The notes under the pieces: model-generated
Told to the model about the DNA's origin: nothing
Databases searched by the model: none
Seen by the model: the letters and a program-made list of their open reading frames with translations, nothing else
Position numbers and translations under genes: made by a program
In this document: positions 40,660 through 54,758 of the stretch, one piece after another
How positions within the stretch are numbered: position 1 is the first letter of the stretch
Layout: each line of letters starts with the position of its first letter
Source of the DNA: Bigelowiella natans CCMP2755
Lineage: Eukaryota; Protista; Cercozoa
NCBI GenBank assembly: GCA_000320545.1
Contig: ADNK01000005.1
Coordinates: 8,613 to 72,612 of the forward strand
DNA length: 64,000 bases
Direction of reading: 5' to 3'

Positions 40660-40903
40660 GATGTGTGGATTCATGTGGATTTGTCAATAGTCTCAGGTCC
40701 TGTGCGCTGCATTGAGGCTTTACATCTTGTCGGGTAGCAACAGCAGTGATAGCGTAGTTGTCATAGTAGCTTGCAAGTAAGGGAGGGGTATCTCCTTACT
40801 TTTCATATAATAAGATGGTAATGGCGACGATTATCATATTCGTAGCAACAAATCACTGGGAGAGAGAAAAGGGACATAGCGTGGAACAACATACTTCATT
40901 TCT

Positions 40904-40945
<42 letters not shown>

Positions 40946-41191
40946 AACTGCTGCTGTGCTGTTCCTGCTACTACTACAACACTACTACTACTGCTACTAC
41001 TACAAGTACTAATCATCATATCATCATATCATCATCATCATCATCATCACCACACTAAATCGATTACTATAACAACTACAAGACGAGCGACGGGAGGCAG
41101 AGGGCATCTACCGGCACTCCAAATCAAGGTTTTAGTGTATATACGTGTCCTGAATATAGGAGGACGTACGTATATCATAACAAACAACACA

Positions 41192-41235
<44 letters not shown>

Positions 41236-42554
41236 CCATTTCTTCCCTGTTATCTTCAAAATTTCCGTAAACAGAACGAACCTGAGCATAGCGCAGCTCG
41301 CAAGAGTACTCCATGCCTACGCTATATCAAGAAGGTAATGGTAGATGGGGGTAGGGTCGTCAGATATTCATAGTGCAGCTGCACTTTTTGGTCAGCTTAC
41401 ACGTTGAGTTTATTCTTCTTTTTCCCTATTTCACAAGTAATTACTGTGCTGCTGCTGCAACTACAGAACAGTATATAAACTTTCCCATTCATCCATATCT
41501 CATGCCGACGCACATCTATTTAGCGTGCCTTCTATCGCAGCCTTTGTCGCGCCAAAACTGCCATTGCTGCTGCTGCTGTTGATTCTGCTGCTGCTGCTAT
41601 GAAACCTAGGATGGAGCTCGAGGCAGATCCAAGCTCATTGTTCTTGAATGGCGACTCATTGGAGTTTGCAGAGACGCTGTTTCAGCATGCGAATAATCTC
41701 ACGCTCCCCCCCGCTGCCTGTCAGCCCGGTGGGACAACAATGGCGAGGGGAGCAGCAACAGAAGCTGGGGATGATCCCATAGTGATCATCCCTTACAAGT
41801 CGCGCTTAGAAGAGGTAATGCCATATAGAGAGGGGGAAGGGTGCAGTCAGTATTCGCACGATAATGATTTCTGCTACTGTACTCTTAAATGAGGTATTAT
41901 TAATATAACTATTTCTCTCTTGTTGTCTATGTTCCCCACAACCCATTGGTAGGAGGAAGAGAAGAACGGGATAGGAGAGGAAGATGGACTCGCTAGTAAC
42001 GATGGCTATGGAAAAGAAAAATTCGTAGAAGAGTTTAAGAAGGAAGTGAAGGAGGATGAGAAGGCTCGAGAGCAAGATGTGTGGGGAAAGCTCTCCAATA
42101 AAGAGAGGTGGCCACGAGTCGAAATGATACTCTCGCACGTTTGCCTTCTCTTTTGTTGTTGTTCTTGTTGTTTGATTGGCGAAGTGAGAACCATTTTCCA
42201 TTGGATTTTTGCTGGTCTTGGTTATTGATGATGATGATGATGATGACGACGATGACGATGACGGCTGGATAGCAGCTACTACTCACATTCCTACCGTATA
42301 ATCGTATCCTTGTTGTTTGACCACACATCATCACCGTTGGCACTAAAAGCTTCACATTGGTTGATCTGGTTTTCTTTTCTCGTTATTGTTATTGTTGTTG
42401 TTATTATTATTGTGTTGTTATTGTCAAAAAAGACGTCGCCATCTGTGGGCTGCAGCATCCTATGCCGAAATCAAGATTCAGTCGGTCAGTGACATGTGAA
42501 AAGTGGAGAAAGAGGAGGAGGAGGAGGAGGAGAAAACGCAATCACACACACACG

Positions 42555-42602
<48 letters not shown>

Positions 42603-42629
42603 CGAAATATTTGTGTGTGGAAGTATATG

Positions 42630-42669
<40 letters not shown>

Positions 42670-42729
42670 TGTACGCATTATTTATTGCTGTTTTACCGTT
42701 TTATTATTCGATGAATCACTTGTACCAAA

Positions 42730-42765
<36 letters not shown>

Positions 42766-43126
42766 CAATAGGGCGACATGGATGCAGCAATGTCTGTCGC
42801 ACGGATGTATCCAAATAGCAAATGGCTTTATGGAAGTACTCCTTGAATCATCATAGCCAACAATACAACGTTCATATACATGAGTGCACACAACGAAAAT
42901 AGCTCAATGAGATGTGTGGAGGAGCCACGTGCGAGTATGATTTTGGTGGGCACATGGTATGTGGTAGGAATTATGGCTATTTTGGCGAATTTAGCTCTCC
43001 GCATAAGCAAGGCGTCGGTAGTGTATGTAGCAGCACGTATTCCACAAATGAAATTCATTGTCTTCAGTTTCCTGCAAGGACAGGGCAATAAATGCATAGA
43101 ATACATGTTTTCTAAAGATGTACATC

Positions 43127-43171
<45 letters not shown>

Positions 43172-43651
43172 CCCCCACCCCCTTATATAACATATATAAA
43201 GCATATTATTTCCTGCAAACGCACGCACGTGGGTTTTATCTTCCCTTATCTTTGCTCCAACCACGTATGTACCAGGCCGAGGAATCGCTTAGACTTGAAG
43301 GGGAAGGGGGGGTTGGGGAGGAGAAGCTCCTCCGTACTTCGGCTATTAACAAAAATTGTAATAAAAGCGAAAATAGAGCATGCGACGGTGATATCCTGCA
43401 GCAGCAGGCAAGTAACGACACGACGAAGGAGCAGCAAGAAGTGGAGAACATGGCAGCTCTATTTGATGATAAGGAGGAGGATGCAGATCTACAGCAGCAT
43501 CTACACGAAGAGGGAAGAGGGGATGATGGCGATGTACAGCCTCCATGGAGATCAAAGGGGACAATGCATCATATCCGTGATACTATGCGACAGCTATGGG
43601 GTCTTATGCTCTCCAGGTTGTTTGTGAAGTCCTCCTAAAACTATCTCTTCC

Positions 43652-43690
<39 letters not shown>

Positions 43691-44125
43691 TGTGCGTGTC
43701 ATGTTTTTTAGGTAGTAGTGGGGAGATGGAAATGTATGTGATTCTTCCTCCTCACAACGTTAATTGTTACTGATTTCATCTTCTCAGAAAGCTACCTCCT
43801 ACACCATCAGTCCACGCCTCCTCCTTGATCGTACAAGGTGCTGATGATGGCGATAACGATAATATACAGTACGTGTATGCATGTACGCTATTTGACACAC
43901 ACAACATGAATCATTCCTGGCAGGAGTGAATGGGGAAGTCGATAAAGCGCTGCGGATTGAGCGTTTGATGACTGAGAAGGGTACAGTTCTCTCTTTCAGT
44001 TCCTTGAATGAATGAATCCGAATGCGGATGAGGCGAGAGATACTATATCGCGAGACTAACGACGACAGAGAGGAGGAGGGGGAAGCTGCGATAAATGAAC
44101 TCTGTCATTATGAGATGGAAGATCA

Positions 44126-44158
<33 letters not shown>

Positions 44159-45652
44159 TATTGCTTGTGAAGTGTGGACAGAACGATGATGATAAAGAGA
44201 TAAACAAAAAAGAAGACTGATGTAATCTAACCTTCTCGATAAATAAGGAGAAATAGCAGTGAATTAGCACTCCTCCGTCCTCTCCTTCCTCCTCCTCATC
44301 CCCGTCCTCCAATCCCCATTACCATCCATCATCATCATCATTATCATTATCATCGTACGCAATACATTCCTTCTCACTTTAGGGCACTGGCCACCTAGTC
44401 ATATGGCAGAGGACATGTTCAAAGTGCTATGGAGGTCAGTGTTGTAGAGAGATCATAATGGGGGTACCACACCACAGTCAGAAGCTGCTTTCAATAGATC
44501 GGAGAGTCGGAGAAGAGTGAGCTGCTGAGCTGCCTACCATCATGACCAACTTATCATCATTTTAGAAGGAAGATGGATGACTACTACTATCATTATACAA
44601 TTGATATCCTTCAGCAACAAACTATAAGAGAGATAATTACTACACCTTTGACAACACCAAGCACTGAATCATCGATGTGCTTCTTCTTCTTGCAGATGTC
44701 GTCGGGATAAGTTCTTACGCGACATAACTGATGTAAGCAACAGCAGTAATAGCAGTAGTTACAGCAGTTTCTTCATGCACAACCAACGTAGACATATCCT
44801 CCACACACTCACAAGATCTTCATATATATTAACGTCTGCTGTTCGTCATTTATGCCGCCTTTCATGTAACAGAGAAATACGCTAGGAAAGGCGCCACTCG
44901 AGAAAACTGAAGAGACGTTCGGTGAGCTGATAAAGCGACGTGGCTCGATGAACTACATGGATACCTTGTGGTGGTTGGAACGTCTAAAGGACCAAGGGTT
45001 TGTTGTCGTGATTGCTGTGCCTTGTTCTTGTTTCTTGAGGATGATGACGATGATGATGATAATGACGATGATGATAATGATTTCCTTGACTGCTTCCTTT
45101 AGAATTTTGGTGTTGTTACTTGTTGGGCGCGAGGTGATGCGTTCTTGCGTGTGTGTGTGTGTGTGTGTGTGCGTGCGTTTATATTTCTTTCTTAACATCC
45201 TGTCATCCTTCTCCACTCAGGATAAAGCCTGGGCTCGCTACGTACAGGGTGGTTCTTGGTAGTTTTGCGCACGCAAACTGCGTTCTCCTCCTCCTCCTCC
45301 TCCTCCTCCTCCTTTGTTTCTATCCCTCACTTGTTTCCTACCTATTGACGACTTTATTGCCCCATTGATTGTACACATGCTATCACCATCCAATACCACA
45401 GAACGACTATCACACGCGGACAATCTAAATAGAAAGGCAGCTTACAAGGTGTGAAGAAAAGCCCTGAGAGGGGGATAACCGTTGATGATGATGATGATGA
45501 GAAGAATGCACTACTACTAATGCTACTATTAACACTGTTACCGTTGCTGTATGCGTCTTATCTTTGCTTTGTGGTGTTTTTCGGACTGGCGACTGCTCTC
45601 CGCGCTCGCATCCATCGGCAAGGCTGTCGAGATACTCACGGAGATGAAAACG

Positions 45653-45708
<56 letters not shown>

Positions 45709-45723
45709 TGTGTGTGGTGGAGC

Positions 45724-45764
<41 letters not shown>

Positions 45765-45971
45765 CTATTTGATCTGGACTGGTGAGAATAATAATATGCA
45801 CATGTACATATACCCGTTGTTCATTCATCAGATGTGTTCTGTGCCATTATTACTATTATCATTTCTGGAGTATTGAAGCTTATTTGCTCCTTTCTTTTCC
45901 TCCATTTCAGGCTGCCTGGGATAGAACCAGACAACGAATGTTTCTTCCAGGTAGATAGATACTGATACATT

Positions 45972-46013
<42 letters not shown>

Positions 46014-46868
46014 GGGGGGATTTAAATAGGAATCAATGCTGAAAGTAATACGATTGCGAGTTGTGAGAAACGGCCTTGACGTCATCAGCGCCACTGACGA
46101 ATGGTTTTCTCTTTCCTTTTTTAACAGCTATACATTTCCTAAGTTCAGCATGCTCCATGCAATCTAACGACGTAGGTGATTCGGTGTTTCTGCGTGTTGG
46201 GACATCCACTGGAGACGCTTGAGATCACGCAAACGCTAAGACAACTTGGAATGAGGGTGTGTGCAAGATGATGAAAACGGACCGTGAGAATGATGATGAT
46301 GATGATGATGATTTTGATGGTGATGATGGTGGAGAGAGCTGCCATGTTCAAGTGTATTGAAGAAGGAATGATAGGCTATACGTTCGGATGATGAAGGGAT
46401 GGTTATCCAATGCTTCTGAGCATCCATCTTTCCCAAAAACGATGTTCCACAACACACTCGCACACACACTAATGTATGTGAGAGAAGATGATTTATTGTA
46501 ACTGTTCGCAGTCGAGCTCAGAAATGGAGGAGTTTATGCACTTTGCCCAGTAGTCTTCTAAACATCCCATAGCCTCTCCCTCCCACTCTTACCATTGCCT
46601 CCTTTCTCTCTTCTCGCCTTTCCTTTGTATGTAATATTGTTTGCCGCCCTTCTTTCGTGGCTGTTTTCTGCAGTTACACGCTGGGCTTTGAGGGATGTTT
46701 GCATTTCTTCTTCCTCCTCCTCCTCCTCCTCCTCCTCCTCCTCTTTCTCTTTCTCTTTCTCTCATCTGCTAGTATGCTACTACTCTACAACTAAAAGTAT
46801 ATTCTTGTTAACAACATAGTACTATAATGAGCAATGAGCGGCTACTATTACTACTACTACTACAACTT

Positions 46869-46904
<36 letters not shown>

Positions 46905-47057
46905 GTATAGGCTTCGGTTGGATCGATTCAAGAAGGGAGAGATTGATTTGCACATGTTTCGCTACCCAGCAAGGACAAGGGTAGAAGCATCATCAGTAAA
47001 GATGACGAATCGTCATCTCCGATTTGTGGATTGTGATGTCGTTTATGCAATTCATTA

Positions 47058-47093
<36 letters not shown>

Positions 47094-47973
47094 CATGATT
47101 ACTATTTGTGAAAATATTTGTTTTCTGTTGATTCTTTGAAGGTGATGAGCCCGCTCCTGTGCGTTCGTCATGTTGCAACCTTTCTAGAGCACTATTGGCA
47201 AAGGTTATAGCTCCAGCCCTTGCAATACGCATCAAAAATCGAGATATTTTAAAAAATCCATAAGTGATTGCTACCATGCATTAATGATCGCCTTTTCGCT
47301 TCCCGAAGATGATAGCGACTGCTTATTTTGAGATCTTCCTTCGTTACGGTATGCTATTTTTTGTGAATCCAAAGCGTGGATGAGCAAGGGGATGACGCAG
47401 TGCCAACAAGCGGGCTAATTCTGATCACCGGAGTAGGACGCCACAGGTATCATGATATGGAGAATCTAGACAGATTCTGATGAGGTTGATGACGAGTAAT
47501 GATAATATGTGCTAGGAGTAGAGTATGTATTGATGATGATGCTGTAAGGATGTTCTCATTAGTATAAGGAACATCACTACTGCCGATTGAAGTGGGTGCT
47601 GCTGTAACGTTAAGAATTGACTTATAATTGTTGCTGGTGGTGGGTGATTGTTTGAAATCCATTAAGCAGCTCGTATTATACAGGACAGCTCTTCGATTGA
47701 TATTTATATTGTTGCTTTGCACATCACAGTTTCTATTCGCCGGGAGTGAATCGGGAACTCGTGGAAGTTACATTGGTAGCAATTCGTGTGAATAGTTTGA
47801 GTCGCATACTACGACTAATATCTTCTTCGCCATGTCATATAAATGCTTAGCGCTAGCACAACTCCCATCATGATAATCGCCACCCTATCATCGGTGTCCA
47901 AATTATCATGCACAAATTATTGTCACAAACTAAAATTCTTTTGATACCGATAACGTTACACGTCTCCCCCCCC

Positions 47974-48042
<69 letters not shown>

Positions 48043-48232
48043 AGCACAAGCACACAACAGTCCATGATACTTTTTCTCTATTATTCTTCTGAGCAGAGGT
48101 ACCTCGGGCTGCATTTTGTAAGTACCAACCGCGGTGGAGCACTGCGAATATCAAAAACGGTAAAAAAAAAAAAGGATCAACGACAATACGATATAGCAGG
48201 AAGCCTTTGTGAAACGCATCGCTCCTTTCTAA
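37496..48232 (+). CDS. PPR-SMR protein (pentatricopeptide repeats plus C-terminal Smr domain), probably organelle-targeted; >30 exons; start uncertain
   Basis: PPR-like exons ALSLLTRMRQYGFRPS (39543), VLHAYA (~41306), MRQLWGLMLSRKLPPTP...GEVDKALRIERLMTEKG (43585-43980), WLERLKDQGIKPGLATY, GIEPDNECF. Smr motifs IDLH (~46941), LILITGVGRH (~47414-47445) and NRGGALRI (~48127). Stop EAFVKRIAPF*. Candidate start MWWFSKNRVCRRLL resembles a transit peptide. Confidence 0.75.
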
Positions 48233-49354
48233 AACACGCCGTAACCGCTTTGAGAAGTACCCAAACCGACATCTACCTACTGTACAGTATTCAGATTAGA
48301 CTTGATATTCGATGATGTTTGATTGCCCTCTCTTTGTTAGAATCCATCAGAAATGTCATGTATATCTATCCTAGGCATTTCTGCGCTGGTACCATCATTC
48401 TGGAAATATCTTCACCCAACGTGCTACTACAGACAATCTCCCCGCCACCTAGCTCCCTCATGCAATTGGTCACCATTAATGGCTAACGACCGCGTAGCTT
48501 CATAGTTAGTAGGCATGTTTAATAAACAGAGCTTACATGTTAGTTTAATATGCAGTGCTTCATTGTAACGCAATGCGCTTGAGGAAGAAAATTGTTTGTG
48601 CCAGCGTCTTTGCGATGTTGGTTTGTGCCCGCTACACATGTTGCACTTGTCTAGCTTTACACAGCTACATTAGCGATGACCATTAAAAGAATTTGATGCA
48701 TGATGTACGTGCTTTTGTTTCCGTTTGTAATTAGCTAGATTAGATGCCATCCTTGCATGCTGATTGTGATACAATGTGCACAATTTTGGCAAAATATTGC
48801 ATGAGCAATGTATACATGCATCGTAGCCGTATTTTGTGCGCAGCAAATCCTTGTACAGCTACTAGCAGTCACATAATCGAAAATTTAAACATTTCATTAC
48901 ATCCGTCTCACAAGTCATAGACACGTACATCATCACATGTTACACAGCTATATAGAAGGATGACCATTGAAAAGATTTAATCACTTCATTACATCCGCCG
49001 CTACATGTTGGCTTGGCATGTGTATGTGCACGCACTATGTACATAAGAGCGTTAGCTAGGTTAGCTAGGAGTAGCACATCGATATGCTGGTGGAACTATG
49101 TACAATAGGGCTAGACAAGCGCAGATACTGCTTTTTCATAAGAACAATGCAGAATTATGCTCTTGCGCTTCAAAGCAATTGTTGCAAACATCGATTGCAG
49201 AGAACCATGTAGCATGCAGTAGACATATATGAGAAGAAGTACCTTGGTGAACGTGTAATGCGCACGATATCTAAAAATACTTTAACACACACACGGCAAC
49301 AGTTCTACTACAGTCCAGATGAGTGTGTGGCCACATGGCGAACATGATGGCGGG
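48233..49354. other. Convergent intergenic island 4
   Basis: Lies between the PPR-SMR and histidine-kinase 3' ends. Same tetramer bias, with three repeat copies. Confidence 0.7.
48652..48997 (+). repeat. Three partial copies (D 48652-48697, E 48851-48910, F 48941-48997) of the ~85-bp repeat
   Basis: D: TAGCTTTACACAGCTACATTAGCGATGACCATTAAAAGAATTT. E: ...ATTTCATTACATCCGTCTCA. F: CACAGCTATATAGAAGGATGACCATTGAAAAGATTTAATCACTTCATTACATCCG. Confidence 0.8.
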
Positions 49355-51266
49355 TTATTTTTCTTCAACAACAGCGCCTAAAACGGTGTTAAGCATTTTG
49401 CGAAGGAGTCGAAACTGTATCGGCTTCCCTAGAATATAATTGAAACCGGGGTTATTTTCCCTCATATCCTCAGGAGACCCTGTGAGCGCGACAACAATGA
49501 TCTTCTTCGTGGTCTTGATCTTGCGAATCTCCTTCAGCGCTTCTATACCGTCCATCACAGGCATTTGAATATCCGTGAATACGATCGGTTGCAGGTGCTG
49601 CTTCAGCACCGTATCTACGCTGCGGACGAGAGCTTGGCCGTTCCCTGACATAATGCATTGGCCTATGCCAGCTCTTTTCAAGAAGCGCTTGATTAGCTTC
49701 TGGGAGAGGTAGTCATCTTCCGCAAAGCAGAGCCGCACGGAAGGTGGGACCAACCCTGATCGGTCGCCCGGGCGAATATCAGGAGACGGATGAAAACTTC
49801 TCGTCGATATACACGGTGATTTCGCTCCTGTTTCAACTTTCATATCTCCGTAAGGAACAACTATTGCGAAGATAGATCCTTTCTTTTCCTTGGATTCAAC
49901 GTATATGCAGCCTTTCATCAATTGGACTATCCCCTTCACTATCGCTAGTCCAAGGCCAGTGCCACCGCTGCGGCCTTCCAGAGGTGTAAAGATCTTAGCA
50001 ATATCAAGCTTGGAGTCTGATCCCTGGTCCTCTACCTCGATGAGAATGGCGTTGTGCTTCATCCCAGGCTTTCCCGACTCAATCTTGCACCGGCCATTGA
50101 CGATGATCGCATCGTTTTCCCTGGAAGAACAGAAAAAGAACAAAGAAGAGGAGAAGGGTGGGAGGGGAGGAAGATGATGAGGATGCGTCACAACACCCCA
50201 ATTAGAACATCGCTAATATCTACTCGGAAAGGAGGGAGAATTGGATTGCATGGTGTCGAGGCATAGCATGTTGCTATTTCATTTTGTCAAGTGTCTCCTC
50301 GCTTATTGCTGACTCAGGAGTGCTTGTATGCGTTGTGTGCTGCATGGCACATAACACGAAGAAATGCTGTGATTGGGGGTTGTTCTTCTTAATTGTATGT
50401 GAAAAGTGCAAAAATTCATTGGTCATATCAGTTCGCTATCAACGTTTTGAACGATCAATTTTAGCGGCTGATTTGGTGGATGTAGAAGTAGAAGTAGAAG
50501 TAGTAGTAGTGGTGGTGATGGTAATGGTAGAAATAGTGTACATGGTCTCCTCGACGTAATCCAGGTTATACTTCGCGGCGAGTTTACTGAGAATTTCTTT
50601 GTCGTGTGCCCGCTTCTGTTGTGCTCTCACTTTTTCGCGGAATTGGGGCGGGGGCAACATGATCTCTTTGTCAGAAGAAAGACGCCGCGTACGAATCCAG
50701 ATTTTCCCGCCTTCCTTCGATGCTTCCATTGCATTCAAAATCTAAGTAAGAGAGGGAATCAAGTCATTTTTGTTGTCGTAGTTGTGAAAATAAATGCAAC
50801 AAGTCTGAGGGAAATGATCAAGGAGAAACGGGGAGGAGAAGGGTACTGCTGTATTTTCAGTTGTGAATAGATGTCTATTTATTAGTACCAAGCTGTTTAT
50901 CATCTGCTCAAGCTTATGTGAGTCCGCAACTATGATCTCGGGAATGGAGTTATCATGACAAATCTTCAGCACCAAAGACTTTTTGTGCGCTATGCTTTCA
51001 TTCAGCTTTTCGATATCTCGAAGCATTCTCAACATATTGCTTTTGGTCAAGTCCAGGTTCCACTTGCCAGAGCTTTTGAAAGAACAGGGAAAGGGTTTCG
51101 ATATAGTCATAACGATGACGATAACGATGATAATGAATGTAAAGATAGTATTTTTCGTCAACTGTTTTCATAATGAGGACATTATTTTGGAGAGGAGATA
51201 GGCACAAGCAGATAGCATTACATAAACTCCATCTCATCATGAATTATAATGCGCGCGAGATTGTGA

Positions 51267-51304
<38 letters not shown>

Positions 51305-52419
51305 AGCAGCTTTGTGAAGTTCAGCACTGAATCCACAACGGCCGCAAGTGATCTTGATCCTAAGAAGATCCCTTCTATGCACGCTGCTTCGCTTTCTGTG
51401 CTTTGCATAATATTTTTCTCCTTTAAGAGCTGGGTGTAGCCCAAGATTGCATTAAGTGGTGTCCTAAGTTCATGAGTCATTTTCGCCAGAAAATCCATCT
51501 TGTCTTCCGAGGCCTTGAGCGTGGCTGCAACCTGTTTGACGAGTTCCCGCTCGTTTTCTTGTAGCTCATCAATAAGCTTTCCGAAATCTGAAGTTTTCCT
51601 TCGCAGATGTAGTTGTAGTCGGCAGACTCGAGCTAGCACGCTGAGAGCAGTCATCTGTTGGTTCGTTAGCGTCATCTTCGTATCCGAAATCACACATAAA
51701 GTCCCAAAGGCCATGTTATCTTCTACCATAGGCATACCAGCGTAGAACCGAATCTTTGGACCCCCGGTAACCAATGGATTTTCAGCGAAGCGTTCGTCCT
51801 CCCACGTATCGTTGACGACGAAGAGCTTGTTGGGCTGTAGAATCGCGTGGGAGCAAAACGCCTCATTCCTACCGGTCTCTGAGCAATTTAAACCTTTTTG
51901 GGCTTTGAAAAATTGGCGTTTCTCATCTATCAGGCTGATCGCGCCTTTCTCTGTGCCGCATATCAGAGTAGCGAGCCACAAAATAGAGTCATAAATCGGT
52001 TCCTGTTCCGTGTCTAGAATATTGAATGAGCGCAAAAGTTCCATTCGCTCAGCTTCGTGTTGCGGCTTCATGGCCGGTCGATATCTTTTTCGTGATAGAT
52101 CCGGGCTATTCAGTGTGGATCTCATATTGTTGGTGGCCAGCTGAGGCGTCGTTAATTTGAGATCAGCAGTTTCATTTCCTCGCATTGCAATCTCCATAAT
52201 GTCATTGGCTTCTGTCACGGCATCGCTTCTATCCAAAAGAGACACAAACTCTTCATTTTCATGTATCAGTTTCCCCACGGATTCTGTGCTCATAGATTTT
52301 AACTCATTTAGAGTTTCTACACAGAGCTTTATGTCCGCTTCAGACCATTCCAAGTCCGAGATGGACTCCTCCATCGCGGAGGTGGGGGCAGGTCGAAAGA
52401 TGCCTACACCACGGATCAT
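49355..52419 (-). CDS. Hybrid histidine kinase: GAF - HisKA - HATPase_c - receiver
   Basis: GAF EAERMELLRSFNILDT...AFCSHAILQ...DERFAENPLVTGGPKIRFYAGMP...GTLCV; H-box THELRTPLNAILG; N-box KLEQMINSL/ILNAMEA; EDQG; G2 GGTGLGLAIV; receiver AEDD...TDIQMPVMDG...ALTG...KP. Confidence 0.92.
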
Positions 52420-52855
52420 TGTCGCGATTTAAAATAGGATCCATTCCTTCTTTGCATTTTTTTATTATTATTTTCTCGCGAGGAAAAGCACATGTATTTG
52501 AAGTCGCGACACATCAGTCGTCGTCGCTGTTCTCAAATGACTCCACCTCATAAATTTTGTAGAGCATTTTCGTTGTTGTTGAAGTCAAAATAATAACTGC
52601 AAGAAAACGAAACCGAAAACCCAGCGCAATAGATCTCTTGGCATGTAGATCTAGATCTAATATGACATTTTAAGTCTGTGACAACAATAATTTGATGACG
52701 CAACATATTATCCCCATGATACATGACGACACAGCAGACGACACAGTGTTGAAGGAAAACCCAAAATCAATTGGGGGGACCTAATAATGGAGCCGCCGGC
52801 TGATGGGTATTCTTTAAACTTAAAAAGATAATTATGACAAGTGCGATAATGGTTT
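52420..52855. promoter_or_regulatory. Putative bidirectional promoter
   Basis: 436-bp head-to-head spacer with three TCGCGA palindromes near 52422, 52476 and 52504. Confidence 0.5.
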
Positions 52856-54758
52856 ATGTACATGTCTGTCAGTTTGAATGATATCGGCCAATCTGGCAAA
52901 GCGTCTGTCCTGAAGAGGAAGGGGAAGAACAGCTTGAAGAAGATTCCCGGCTTGGCCCAAATGAAACAAATGAATCTGCAATCTAGCCCGTTTTATGGAG
53001 GAAATAACGAACTGCAGAAATTAAATCACGTAGAGAAGAAAGGACAGAAAAATACTTCGCTTCCAAGTTTACGAATTGGGAGGGGTCGAACTTTGAAAGC
53101 CCTCCAGCCTAGTACAATACAGGCCAGCCGTAGATTCTGCCCTAAATCTTCCTCATTTGGCGAAGATCCATTGACGATAAATGTGCCTAACAATAACAAT
53201 GGAGATTCTGGTAATTCCCTCTCCAACAGTGATAGTAACAATTCCTCCGTATTTCCATATCCTTCGCGGAATCAGTTGTCCGTCAGCGACCACAGACTTC
53301 GGCCTTCCAAATCCTTCGGTACCAAGCAGTTGAATGGTCGCAAATTACAGTCGTCCAAATCGTTCGGATCGATAAGATCGCGGATGCACTCTCTCAGTTT
53401 CGACCGCTCGATGAAAGGCTCTAGATCGTCGAACATTTTTCGGGAGGGTGATCGAGATCTCTCTAATTCGGAGGATTCCACTGACAAAAGCACATTAATA
53501 GATAGCATCGGAATTGAGTGGGAGAATGGAGAGCTGGGTCCGGGTCGATCAGTTACTAATTTGAAGAGGGTTGTCACAATGACCCCGCGCACTGGCCAAA
53601 ATGTTTATAATAAGACCCGAGAACATATTAATTCCTTCGAATATGGAGAATTAAGACCCCACACCAGAGGTACAATAAATGCTGAGCAATCTAAAAAATC
53701 AAACTCCTTCTCATTCAACTTGCCTATATCGAGTCGTAAACCTAGCCTGGGGAGGTCTGCCACACTGTTACCCCCAACAGGTTTGATGGGTTCTACGGAG
53801 TCTATGAAGAAGTCAAAATCCTTATCGAGCTGCCCAATCGGAGGACTGCGAAGGACTGCTTCTTTGCTGCCCTCACGTACCATGACTAGGCTAGGTGCGA
53901 ATGGATTTATGGCTAAGTCGAACTCTTTCTCTGGCAACTTACGGAGGACCTCTTCTATCATGGGCCCAGATGACTTAAGGGCGCCGTTGAATTCGTACAA
54001 GAATATCAGAGGTCGAGTTTCGAAAGGAGGTGTGAGCCTCCTCAAAAGAGCGCAAACTTCCTTGCCTAAAAAAAGCAGAAGAATATCACAGGATGCGGAT
54101 AGGTTGGATCGGCTTGCGCCTTCGATCAAGAACAAATTTACATTTAAATTAAGCAGGTCCAGCGCCACAGCAGGAAAAATATCATTTGGAAGACCACAGC
54201 CACAAGAGAAAAGTCAGGACATGACGGAAAAGGAGCAGGAGGGCAACGAAGAGGACAATAACGGTGAGAATCATCTATATTTACCAATCTTGGGTGCAGC
54301 ATGGACACACTTTTAGCCATCTGGAGACTAATTTATTTTTTTATTTTTTTGTTTTTGTAGAAGAGAGAAAAATCCAGAATCCAGGGGAAGTCTTGACTCC
54401 GCGCGTTCAAAAAAAGGTTTGTCTGCGTATCTATTGTCTGTTGTTTCCGCCCTTGAAATCTAAAGCTATATACATGTGTGCTCACGCATAGAGACGAAAC
54501 ACACTGGAACTTGATCGTGATTGTACACACACCGCACATAGCCTTCCTTCTATACTTATATTCATTCCCCTTTCGGCTGCAATATCATAGGAGTGGGAAT
54601 CGCAGGAAAGGAGCACTTTCTCTGATGAAATCGCCAGGTTTGAATGCGGACCTCTGTACAAAGAGCTGCGGCGGCGCCAACTGAAATACGGCACCGAGAA
54701 GGATCAGCTAGAGTTCATTGCCAACGCGGCAAAACTTTATCTCAAAGGAAGTACATAG
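52856..54758 (+). CDS. Hypothetical Ser/Arg/Lys-rich disordered protein with short conserved-looking C-terminal helical segment
   Basis: 1.4-kb first exon (486-aa ORF) plus two in-phase exons (EERKIQNPGEVLTPRVQKK; EWESQER...YLKGST*). Repeated R/KxxS/T motifs (SKSFG, KSNSF, RTASL, RSATL). Confidence 0.7.
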
